DNA of 44,282 nucleotides. Source: a virus (taxonomy: Duplodnaviria; Caudoviricetes). This document shows, in pieces, positions 28,857 through 35,842 of this stretch (its first letter is position 1; the number at the start of each line of letters is the position of its first letter). The stretch covers positions 1 to 44,282 of IMG/VR virus record IMGVR_UViG_3300024222_000003. The stretch is one strand, 5' to 3'. The notes below the pieces were generated by a model, which was given only the letters and a program-made list of their open reading frames with translations, ran no database searches and was not told where the DNA came from. A program made the position numbers and the translations under genes.

Positions 28857-29342
28857 CTAGCGCGCAGTCGGCCCGCGCGCCACGGGGCCGCCAGCAGTCA
28901 GCAGTGTCGTTCGATGGGCCACGTGTTCGAGCGCAGTCAGGCCGGACGCGAGCACGATCTGTCCAAAGAACGCAGCGTCGAAGCTGAGGACGCCGGTCTC
29001 GATGGCCGCCACCTGGCCCTTGACCCAGTCTCGCAAGATTGAATACACGGCGAGCGAGGCGACGCGCTGCGCCTCGAGCTCGTGCGCTTCGCGGGTCTTG
29101 TGCATTCGACGCGACCACGGGTGCGCAGCGAGCCACGACTTCGCATAGCCCGCTGTCGAAGCCTCGACATGAATCTGCCGCTCGCGACAGCGAAACTGCA
29201 CGACGAGCAGCCCGCGATCAAAATCCATCATCGAGCCGAAGGACTGACAGCCGAAGGACTGGAGCACGCGCTGCATGTCTGACAGCGCGCGCTCGCCGCT
29301 CGTCGCGTTCTCGTAGGGCAGTTTGCGTGTGGTGCGTTTCAT
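28857..29342 (-). CDS. Phage hypothetical protein
   Basis: LPYENATSG..LQSFGCQSFG and SILRDWVKGQ..AIE motifs; clean ORF at the operon end. Confidence 0.75.
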   Translation of the reverse strand: MKRTTRKLPYENATSGERALSDMQRVLQSFGCQSFGSMMDFDRGLLVVQFRCRERQIHVEASTAGYAKSWLAAHPWSRRMHKTREAHELEAQRVASLAVYSILRDWVKGQVAAIETGVLSFDAAFFGQIVLASGLTALEHVAHRTTLLTAGGPVARGPTAR

Positions 29343-29345
29343 GGG

Positions 29346-29576
29346 TCAGCGCCTCAGTACCCCGAGCTGAATCAGCAGCTCGTCAGTCGCGTCTCGTGGC
29401 GTCGTGTCGCGCGCTTCGCGCTCGATGGCCGACATCAGCAGCGCGGCCGGGATCGCTGTCGTGCGCGCGCTGAGGTGCAGCACGGGCACGTTGTGCTTGC
29501 GAGCGAGCGCGATGCAACGCGTCCACGACATGCCCGTCGCCGCCATCGCGTTGCGCGCTGTGATGGTGACTACCAT
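29346..29576 (-). CDS. Small putative DNA-binding protein, possible excisionase
   Basis: 76 aa, winged-helix-like pattern, GGAGG RBS, near int; function inferred. Confidence 0.45.
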   Translation of the reverse strand: MVVTITARNAMAATGMSWTRCIALARKHNVPVLHLSARTTAIPAALLMSAIEREARDTTPRDATDELLIQLGVLRR

Positions 29577-30760
29577 GCGACCTCCGCTGCGACGCGCTGC
29601 GCGAGTGTTGTCTGTCGCTTCGAAGCGTCGGTGCGCAGCGCGCGCTCGATGCCCTTCAAGTTGCCCACGAGGGTCACTCGTTGCTTTGCGCGAGTCACTG
29701 CTGTGTAAAGCAGACTGCGCGTCAACATGCGCGAGTGCTGCGAGTGGACGACGACGACCACGTGCCCGTACTCGCTGCCCTGGGTCTTGTGCACCGTCAT
29801 CGCGTACGCGGGCACGAGCGCGCGCGCTTGCTCGGGCGTGTAGTCGACGTCGCGCCCGAGCTCGTCGTACCGCACGAGCACGTGGTGCGACTTGGGCACG
29901 ATACCGAGCACGACGCCGTTCTCGCCGTTCATGACGTCGAGCTTGTAGTCGTTGACCGTCTGCATAACGCGCATGCCCACGCGCAGCGGCTGGTCACCAG
30001 GCGTGCTCGGGCTGTCGGGGTTGAACACGGGGCCGCGCCCGAACACGAGCTCGTCAGGTGTCGTCGGCCCGTACGCGTTCAGGATCGGGTCGAGCGCGAT
30101 GTTCAGAGCGTCGACGCCCGCACTGCCGCTGTACTGGGGCGCGAGCACGACGAGGTTCGGGTCGGCCCGCGCGAGCGTCACCACGACGTCGCGCACCTCG
30201 TCAGCGTCGTCGACATCGATGTGCACCCCGTCGAGCTCGAGGCGCTCACCTCGCAAGATGCGCGGGGCGTTGCGTACGACCCACGACCCCGCGGCCGCAC
30301 GGTGCTGCGTCGTCAGTCGCGCGACGGGCACGCGGCCCGAGTCGATGAGGTCGCCGAAGAAACGCCCCTTGCCGACCGGGGGCAGCTGGTCAGCGTCCCC
30401 GATCAACACGAGTCGACTGCAGCACGACCCACGCAGCAGCGCGACAGCGAGCTCGTAGTCAATCATCGACGACTCGTCGACGAACACAGTGTCGACCTCG
30501 AGCGGGCACTCGGCCGTGACTGCGAACGTCCACCCCTGATAGCCGAGCAGTCGATGCAACGTGACAGCGGGCTGCTCGGTCACTGCGGCCATACGTCGCG
30601 CTGCTTTGCCCGTGGGCGCTGCGAGCGCGTACGACCCCGAGTGCTGCGCGAGCACGCTGCGCAGCGTCGTGGTCTTGCCCGAGCCCGGGGGCCCGGTCAT
30701 CACTGCGAGCTGCTCGCGTTGCATGATGTCGACTGCGTGTTGCTGGCTGGCGTCTAACAC
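29570..30760 (-). CDS. RecD2-like SF1B helicase, motor half
   Basis: GPPGSGKTT, VDESSM, GDADQLPPVG, AYAMTVHKTQGSEY and LYTAVTRAK; GTG30760 has a GGAGAGGA RBS. Confidence 0.9.
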   Translation of the reverse strand: MLDASQQHAVDIMQREQLAVMTGPPGSGKTTTLRSVLAQHSGSYALAAPTGKAARRMAAVTEQPAVTLHRLLGYQGWTFAVTAECPLEVDTVFVDESSMIDYELAVALLRGSCCSRLVLIGDADQLPPVGKGRFFGDLIDSGRVPVARLTTQHRAAAGSWVVRNAPRILRGERLELDGVHIDVDDADEVRDVVVTLARADPNLVVLAPQYSGSAGVDALNIALDPILNAYGPTTPDELVFGRGPVFNPDSPSTPGDQPLRVGMRVMQTVNDYKLDVMNGENGVVLGIVPKSHHVLVRYDELGRDVDYTPEQARALVPAYAMTVHKTQGSEYGHVVVVVHSQHSRMLTRSLLYTAVTRAKQRVTLVGNLKGIERALRTDASKRQTTLAQRVAAEVAW

Positions 30761-30924
30761 TTGGGTATCCTCTCCGCGTATTGGTCGATCACTCCTGCGA
30801 CACTGCGCAGCACGGCGAGCACGCGCAGCAGTATGGCCATGTTGAAGTTGACGTCCTCGCCGCGCTCTGCCTGGTCGAGCAGAGCAGCAGCGAGGCGCAG
30901 CTGCTTTGCGGCGCACCTAAGCAC
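30754..30924 (-). CDS. Small helical protein between the two RecD2 halves (56 aa)
   Basis: VLRCAAKQLRLAAALLDQAERGEDVNFNMAILLRVLAVLRS..; AGGA RBS; overlaps both neighbours. Confidence 0.55.
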   Translation of the reverse strand: MLRCAAKQLRLAAALLDQAERGEDVNFNMAILLRVLAVLRSVAGVIDQYAERIPKC

Positions 30925-31813
30925 TGTCGATCCTGTCTCGCACACGGCGCGCGACTTCTGATTCGAGCGCGTCAGTCGCGATGCGGTACATGCGCACCGA
31001 GTCGCGCTCGAGGATGACGCCAGCGTGCAGCGCTTCGCCCACGCCCCTCATGATGACGCTCGTCGGCAGTGCGAGCAGCGCGCGCGCCTCGCGACGAAAG
31101 TCACCCGTGTCCATGTAGACGTGCCCCGCCAGCTCGTGCTCGCGCAGTGCGTGCAGCAGGCCGGCCTCGACACGCAGCGGCGACTCGCGCGAGATACCCG
31201 ACCGGGCAGCAACGACCTCGGCCCGCTGCCATCCGAACCCGCGCACGTCCTCGCAGAGTCGATACGGGTTCTGTCGTATCGCTGCGACTGCAGCGCGCGG
31301 CGAGTCCCACGCTACGAGACACTGTGTGATCTGACTTGAGGTCAGACCCCATGCGTGCAGCTGCACGTAGTCGTCCTTGTCCCGTTTCTCGGCGCTGTAG
31401 GTCTCGTGAATCTGCAGCGCCATGACGAGCGACACGCCTGTGACCTGCGTCAGTCGGTCGCACTCGTGCTCGATGATTCGCCATAGCTCGGTGACGCTGC
31501 CGCCGGCGACTTGGTCAATCAGCGCCCGAGCTCGCGCGTCGCCGATGCCGGGCAGGACCTCGGCCATCCACGCAGCAGCCCCGTCGATGCTTAGCGGGGC
31601 GCGCAGCGTCGCTGACTTGACCTTGAACTGTTCGCCCCATTTGGGATCGCGCTCGAGGCTGCCGTGCGCTTCGACGGCGTCACCCGCTCGGGCGCCGGGC
31701 AGCGTGCCCACGATCGCGAGCGTTGCGCCCTCGTCCGTGCGCAGCGTCCCGACGCCCCAGCCACTGAGCCCGCGAGGCCGCCATGCGGTCAGCTCGCCTT
31801 TGACTTGCTTCAT
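30917..31813 (-). CDS. RecD2-like N-terminal half (OB-fold + HhH domains)
   Basis: PKWGEQFKV, LPGIG..RA, NPYRL.EDVRGFGW..A and R.EAGL...L....GH.Y match RecD2 N-terminal domains. Confidence 0.85.
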   Translation of the reverse strand: MKQVKGELTAWRPRGLSGWGVGTLRTDEGATLAIVGTLPGARAGDAVEAHGSLERDPKWGEQFKVKSATLRAPLSIDGAAAWMAEVLPGIGDARARALIDQVAGGSVTELWRIIEHECDRLTQVTGVSLVMALQIHETYSAEKRDKDDYVQLHAWGLTSSQITQCLVAWDSPRAAVAAIRQNPYRLCEDVRGFGWQRAEVVAARSGISRESPLRVEAGLLHALREHELAGHVYMDTGDFRREARALLALPTSVIMRGVGEALHAGVILERDSVRMYRIATDALESEVARRVRDRIDSA

Positions 31814-32034
31814 TTGCGCTGACTCGCAGCTTCGAACGAGACAGCGAACACAGCGCCGCCGATGTGCTCGGGCTCGAGCCGGCCGAGCACGATCTCGGTG
31901 TGCACAATCGACAGCACGACCGCGAGTGTGAGGTCTGCGTCCCGTAGCGAGGTGCGCGCGTCGTCCTCGAACAGCACGCCGTTCGTCAGACGCTCGACAG
32001 TCGCTGCGATGGCGGGGTCAGCGGGGTCGGTCAC
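31810..32034 (-). CDS. Hypothetical protein
   Basis: Overlap-coupled on both sides; GAGGAG RBS. Confidence 0.6.
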   Translation of the reverse strand: MTDPADPAIAATVERLTNGVLFEDDARTSLRDADLTLAVVLSIVHTEIVLGRLEPEHIGGAVFAVSFEAASQRK

Positions 32035-32819
32035 GCCATCTCCTCGGGGTTGAAGCTCGTGTCACCCGCGACCTCGGCGCGGCCTTCCTTCAGAGCTTCG
32101 CGCAGCGCTTGCGTGGTCTCGCGGTACATGCGCGCCTCGTCGGGCGTGATCGCGTCGCGTCGCTCGAACACAGGCAGCGCGTGGTTGCCTGACTCGTGCA
32201 TGCGCAGCCGCAGCGACACTCGATACGTGTACATCGGCAAGTTGACGACGCGCTTGTCGGGCAGCTTGAGCTTCTTGTGATGGTGCTTCTTGATGTGGTC
32301 GAGCAGCGCGCGCTCGCTCGACTTCTTGAACGTCATCATGAACGGCTCCATCGACTCGAGGTTGACCGCGGTCACGTCGTGATAGTCAGAGCAGTTGACT
32401 GTGCGCTTGCCCTTCGCAGTCGTGTGCCACTCTGCGTCGGGGCAGCCCTTGCACGGGCGCTGGCGCGTCGTGCCCTCTTGGTCGACCACCTCGAGGCCGA
32501 CGACGCCGTCAGCGCTGCTGCAGTAGGTCGTGTACTTGTTTGCGGCCTCGTCGTACTCGCTGAATGCCTTGCGCGAATGAATGTGCGCGAGCACGCATTC
32601 GAGTACGGGCTGCAGCTCCTCGGTGTTCGAGTTGAACCACATGTCCTTGGGGATGCTGCGCCCGTTCGCGTCGAGCCCCTTAGCGTTCCACATCATGCGG
32701 GTGATGCGAATCTTTACCCCGAGCCCGTCACTGTAGCCGTCGTACCCGTCGACGAACTCGGGGTCGTCGAGCAGTGCTGCGAGTGCTGCGTCGTTGGTGC
32801 GTGTGATCTCGGTGCTCAT
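32031..32819 (-). CDS. Putative ssDNA-binding / annealing protein
   Basis: Lies between nuclease and helicase; C.S.DG..PCKGCP..W..C motif; acidic-aromatic tail GDTSFNPEEMA. Confidence 0.55.
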   Translation of the reverse strand: MSTEITRTNDAALAALLDDPEFVDGYDGYSDGLGVKIRITRMMWNAKGLDANGRSIPKDMWFNSNTEELQPVLECVLAHIHSRKAFSEYDEAANKYTTYCSSADGVVGLEVVDQEGTTRQRPCKGCPDAEWHTTAKGKRTVNCSDYHDVTAVNLESMEPFMMTFKKSSERALLDHIKKHHHKKLKLPDKRVVNLPMYTYRVSLRLRMHESGNHALPVFERRDAITPDEARMYRETTQALREALKEGRAEVAGDTSFNPEEMA

Positions 32820-33883
32820 AGTGTCTCGTCCTCCAAGCCCATACGGGCGATTGCAATCAGGTCGGGTGTCGCTTGCTGCTGGTAGCCATCGTTCAAACAG
32901 TCGCGCGCGAACGAGCAGCGGGTGCAGCGCTCGCCGGGCCGGTCGATGAATCGGCCGAGGCGCACAGTGCTGACTACGTTACGCAGTCGATGCGCGAGTC
33001 GAGGCAGGTCGAGCTCGTGCAGCGTGACCGGCATCCACGCGCCCCCGCGCATCTCGCTCGCCTTGTACGAGTGCTGCGTCGGTTCGCGGTAGCCGAAGTG
33101 CAGCATGTCCTCGACGCGCGACACGAGCTTCTTTCCCGCGCGCGAGTACGGCACCCAGTCAGCTAGATGGACCTGATACGCGCAGCTCGGGAACACGCCG
33201 TACGTAGGCGCGAACGCGGGCTCAGACTGCGCGCGCCGAATCAACATCGACTCGATGTCGTCGCGCGACATGTGGTTACGCTCGACGAACAGCCCGTGCC
33301 GAAGCGCAGCGCTGTACACGCCACCCTCCCAGCCGTGTTCGAGCTCGATGGGGTGAGGCTTCTGCGCGCCGGTCTTCCAGTCTGCGAGCGCGATCGACCT
33401 GTTCGGCCCGCTCGGGGCTTTCGTCGGCTCATAGATGAGGTCGATGTGACCGCTCAGCCAGTAGCCCGAGAACGGGGCGATGAACGCAGACTCGCAAGCG
33501 ATGACGCGCGCGACGTAGCGATCGACAAAGCGCAGCAGCCCGAGCACCATCGCGACGCGCTCGCCCACCATCTCGTTGCGGTCGTCGTCGTACTTCCACC
33601 GCAAGGGTTCTTGGATGCGCAGCCACTCGTCGAGCTGCTCGCGAATCGAGCGCTCGTTCGCGCTGCCGCTCGCGCGTGGGTGAGAGAGCAGCGTCGCGAT
33701 AACTTCGTGGGTCGCAGTGCCGAGGGCGCTGCGTGCAGATGTGATGTTGTCATCAGTGCGCGGCGCCTGCGTGCGCGAGTATTGAAACTCGCGCGGGCAG
33801 CCGTAGTCGCCTGTCAGCTTGATGAGATGCGACTTGTGAACGGGGTCGACCACCGACCCGTACTGCCGATAGTTCCATTGCAT
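32816..33883 (-). CDS. PD-(D/E)xK exonuclease, Cas4/AddB-like
   Basis: CP..F.Y, GTATHE, GHIDL, DWKTG and C-terminal CTRCSFARDC (four-Cys staple). Confidence 0.85.
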   Translation of the reverse strand: MQWNYRQYGSVVDPVHKSHLIKLTGDYGCPREFQYSRTQAPRTDDNITSARSALGTATHEVIATLLSHPRASGSANERSIREQLDEWLRIQEPLRWKYDDDRNEMVGERVAMVLGLLRFVDRYVARVIACESAFIAPFSGYWLSGHIDLIYEPTKAPSGPNRSIALADWKTGAQKPHPIELEHGWEGGVYSAALRHGLFVERNHMSRDDIESMLIRRAQSEPAFAPTYGVFPSCAYQVHLADWVPYSRAGKKLVSRVEDMLHFGYREPTQHSYKASEMRGGAWMPVTLHELDLPRLAHRLRNVVSTVRLGRFIDRPGERCTRCSFARDCLNDGYQQQATPDLIAIARMGLEDETL

Positions 33884-33907
33884 GAGAACGATATAACGTT
33901 CTCATCA
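33882..33907. promoter_or_regulatory. Operator / inverted repeat over the nuclease start codon
   Basis: ATGAGAACG-N6-CGTTCTCAT perfect inverted repeat; 33894-33907 is a 12/14 operator match. Confidence 0.65.
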
Positions 33908-33994
33908 AAACAACACAACATGAGACGTCAACGCAGCGCACACGTGCCCACCGTTGCGATGTGTGGCGGCTTGGTGCAGAACAGGGAACACCCG

Positions 33995-34363
33995 ATGTCC
34001 GCATGTGTAAAAACAACTAGCCCGCACGTTGAACCCGAGCAGTGGGCGGCCGAGCTCGGGTTATGGCTAATCGACTGTCACGCAACGATCGACCCGCCCG
34101 CTGGCAGAATCCCGCTGCGTGTTGATCTCACGACCCCGCTCGAACTGCAGCGCGCACGTATCGCGGTCGTGTGCGCGCGCGTCGAGCTAGGCGACGATCT
34201 CGACGTCGAGGAGATCGTCGCCGTCTGTGGGCAGCACTGCGGGCTAGACCCTAGCCACGTCCGGCACTACTTAGTGGCAGAGTTCGCTTGGGACGCTGGG
34301 GCTTTCGCTTTGGCGTACTCGATTGCTGACTCGCAGCGCTCGCCTTTAGAGCACGCTGGTTGA
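33995..34363 (+). CDS. Hypothetical protein, weakly ImmA/IrrE-like without HExxH
   Basis: VEPEQWAAELGL..LQRARIA; convergent with and overlapping the repressor 3' end. Confidence 0.4.
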   Translation: MSACVKTTSPHVEPEQWAAELGLWLIDCHATIDPPAGRIPLRVDLTTPLELQRARIAVVCARVELGDDLDVEEIVAVCGQHCGLDPSHVRHYLVAEFAWDAGAFALAYSIADSQRSPLEHAG

Positions 34364-34868
34364 TCGCTTCGTGGTAGCCGCGCTCGTCTGCGAGCGCAGC
34401 AGTCATGCCGTCAGCGCGCGACAGCGTAAACACCTCGACGTAGCGTCGCACGTAGTCAGCGTTGATGCGTTGATACTTCGCGACTGCGCTCGTGAGGTGA
34501 GCGCCGAACGCTGCGCGCGCCTCGGGGCTCGCGTCGATCGCGTCGAGCGTCGCAACGATGACGCGCTCGTCGCGCAGCGGGGCGGTCGGGTCCGTGGGCA
34601 CGGGCCGGCCTTCGTGACCGAATATGATGTCGTCAGCACTAACACCGAGCAGCTTCGATGCCGTCGCAAGTTGCGGCAGGCTGATGAGGTGCTTGCCCTT
34701 GTCCCAGTTGTTCACGATTGAATAGTCGAGGTCCATCGCTTTGGCGAAGTCGCTGCGCGACATACCCGCGCGTTCGTAGAATGCGCGTAAACGTCGATTG
34801 ATCGTCGGCTCGGACATCGGGTCGTCGATGCGAGCAGGCGGAAGTTTAGTCTTAGGCGGTCGCGGCAT
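34251..34868 (-). CDS. CI-like immunity repressor (XRE HTH)
   Basis: RRLRAFYERAGMSRSDFAKAMDLDYSIVNNWDKG..LGVSADDIIFG; divergent from a cro-like gene. Confidence 0.85.
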   Translation of the reverse strand: MPRPPKTKLPPARIDDPMSEPTINRRLRAFYERAGMSRSDFAKAMDLDYSIVNNWDKGKHLISLPQLATASKLLGVSADDIIFGHEGRPVPTDPTAPLRDERVIVATLDAIDASPEARAAFGAHLTSAVAKYQRINADYVRRYVEVFTLSRADGMTAALADERGYHEAINQRALKASAASQQSSTPKRKPQRPKRTLPLSSAGRG

Positions 34869-34973
34869 ACTTCTTCCGTGAGTGAGTTTCGTTTGACGAA
34901 AACATTCTCGGCCAAGTGGCCTTTGCGGGGCAAGGGCTCGCGAGCTTATTCGAACGAGCACGTGACAAGGGCT

Positions 34974-35045
34974 AGCTTGACCACGTCATCGATACGCTGT
35001 CAAGGTGACTCTCGTTGACATCAAATGATGAGAACATCATAACGA
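34974..35045. promoter_or_regulatory. Divergent cI/cro promoters with operator
   Basis: TTGACA on - (34998-35003) and + (35015-35020); TGATGAGAACATCA at 35026-35039 lies in the rightward promoter spacer. Confidence 0.7.
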
Positions 35046-35051
35046 TGCGCT

Positions 35052-35378
35052 ATGGACCTGTTCGTCTGGATAGAAAAGAACCACAAGACACTCGCCCAGT
35101 GCGCTGAGGAGTGGGGGATGCACTACGCGACCCTGCACCGCATCGCGACGCGGCGAGGCAAAGCAACGTACGCGACAGCGCTGCTTATCTCCGAAAAGAC
35201 AGGCGGCAAAGTCTCGGTCAAGGAACTGTGCCAAGCACAGCCGCGAGCGCGAGCTGCTGAACGCGCGCCGATGCGAGCAGTACCCATCGAGCCCGTGGTC
35301 GTCGAAGCGGCGCCCGCCCCGTCGAAGACCCCACCCAAGCGAAAGCGCCCGCGCGCTCGGGCGGAGGTGGCATCATGA
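35052..35378 (+). CDS. Cro-like HTH regulator
   Basis: TLAQCAEEWGMHYATLHRI..ALLISEKTGGKVSVKEL (Cro/YdaS-like); no RBS, possibly leaderless. Confidence 0.8.
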   Translation: MDLFVWIEKNHKTLAQCAEEWGMHYATLHRIATRRGKATYATALLISEKTGGKVSVKELCQAQPRARAAERAPMRAVPIEPVVVEAAPAPSKTPPKRKRPRARAEVAS

Positions 35379-35836
35379 GTTCGCTAAAAGCAGTCCCCAA
35401 AATCGAACACGAGCAGCGCGAGCTCGAGTGTGTACTGACCGATACCGAGTACGCGCAGCGCAGCGCGCGCATGTCGGCGTCAGAACTCGAGATCGAAGGT
35501 CTGAAAACGCAGCGCTCGTCGCTGACGCGTCAGATCAACGAGCTCGCAGCCGAGCGCAACACACTGGCCCACACGCTCGATACTCGACGCGAGTCTCGCG
35601 TCATCGATTGCGTGTGGGAGCGAGACTACGGCCGCGGGGTCGCAGTGCTGATGCGCAGCGACAATCGCGCCATCGTCGAGACGCGCGACCTCACACCCGA
35701 CGAACGTCAGCAGTCACTCGCGCTCGTCACTAGCCCTGACCCCGAGCCCGCACCCGAAACGCCCAAGCCAACGCGAGCGCGCAAAGCACCCACCCCGCGC
35801 AGCACGCACCACGAGCACGTACCGGAAGGGGCGTAG
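35375..35836 (+). CDS. Hypothetical coiled-coil protein
   Basis: GGAGG RBS and ATGA overlap. Confidence 0.7.
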   Translation: MSSLKAVPKIEHEQRELECVLTDTEYAQRSARMSASELEIEGLKTQRSSLTRQINELAAERNTLAHTLDTRRESRVIDCVWERDYGRGVAVLMRSDNRAIVETRDLTPDERQQSLALVTSPDPEPAPETPKPTRARKAPTPRSTHHEHVPEGA

Positions 35837-35842
35837 GCGTCG

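Noticed and set aside
29681-30757. Long antisense ORFs (also 36056-37138, 10664-11572, 22860-23696 and the 5' part of 33167-34363)
   Set aside because: Shadow frames of high-GC genes: biased composition, no motifs, and fully overlapping well-supported genes.
30917-30919. Genome-wide TAG reassignment
   Set aside because: TAG ends other genes at sensible boundaries (e.g. 19997 and 20778, each followed closely by the next gene), and no suppressor tRNA is seen.
32816-33883. Cas4-like gene as part of a CRISPR system
   Set aside because: It sits in a recombination operon with an SSB-like gene and RecD2; no other cas genes or array.
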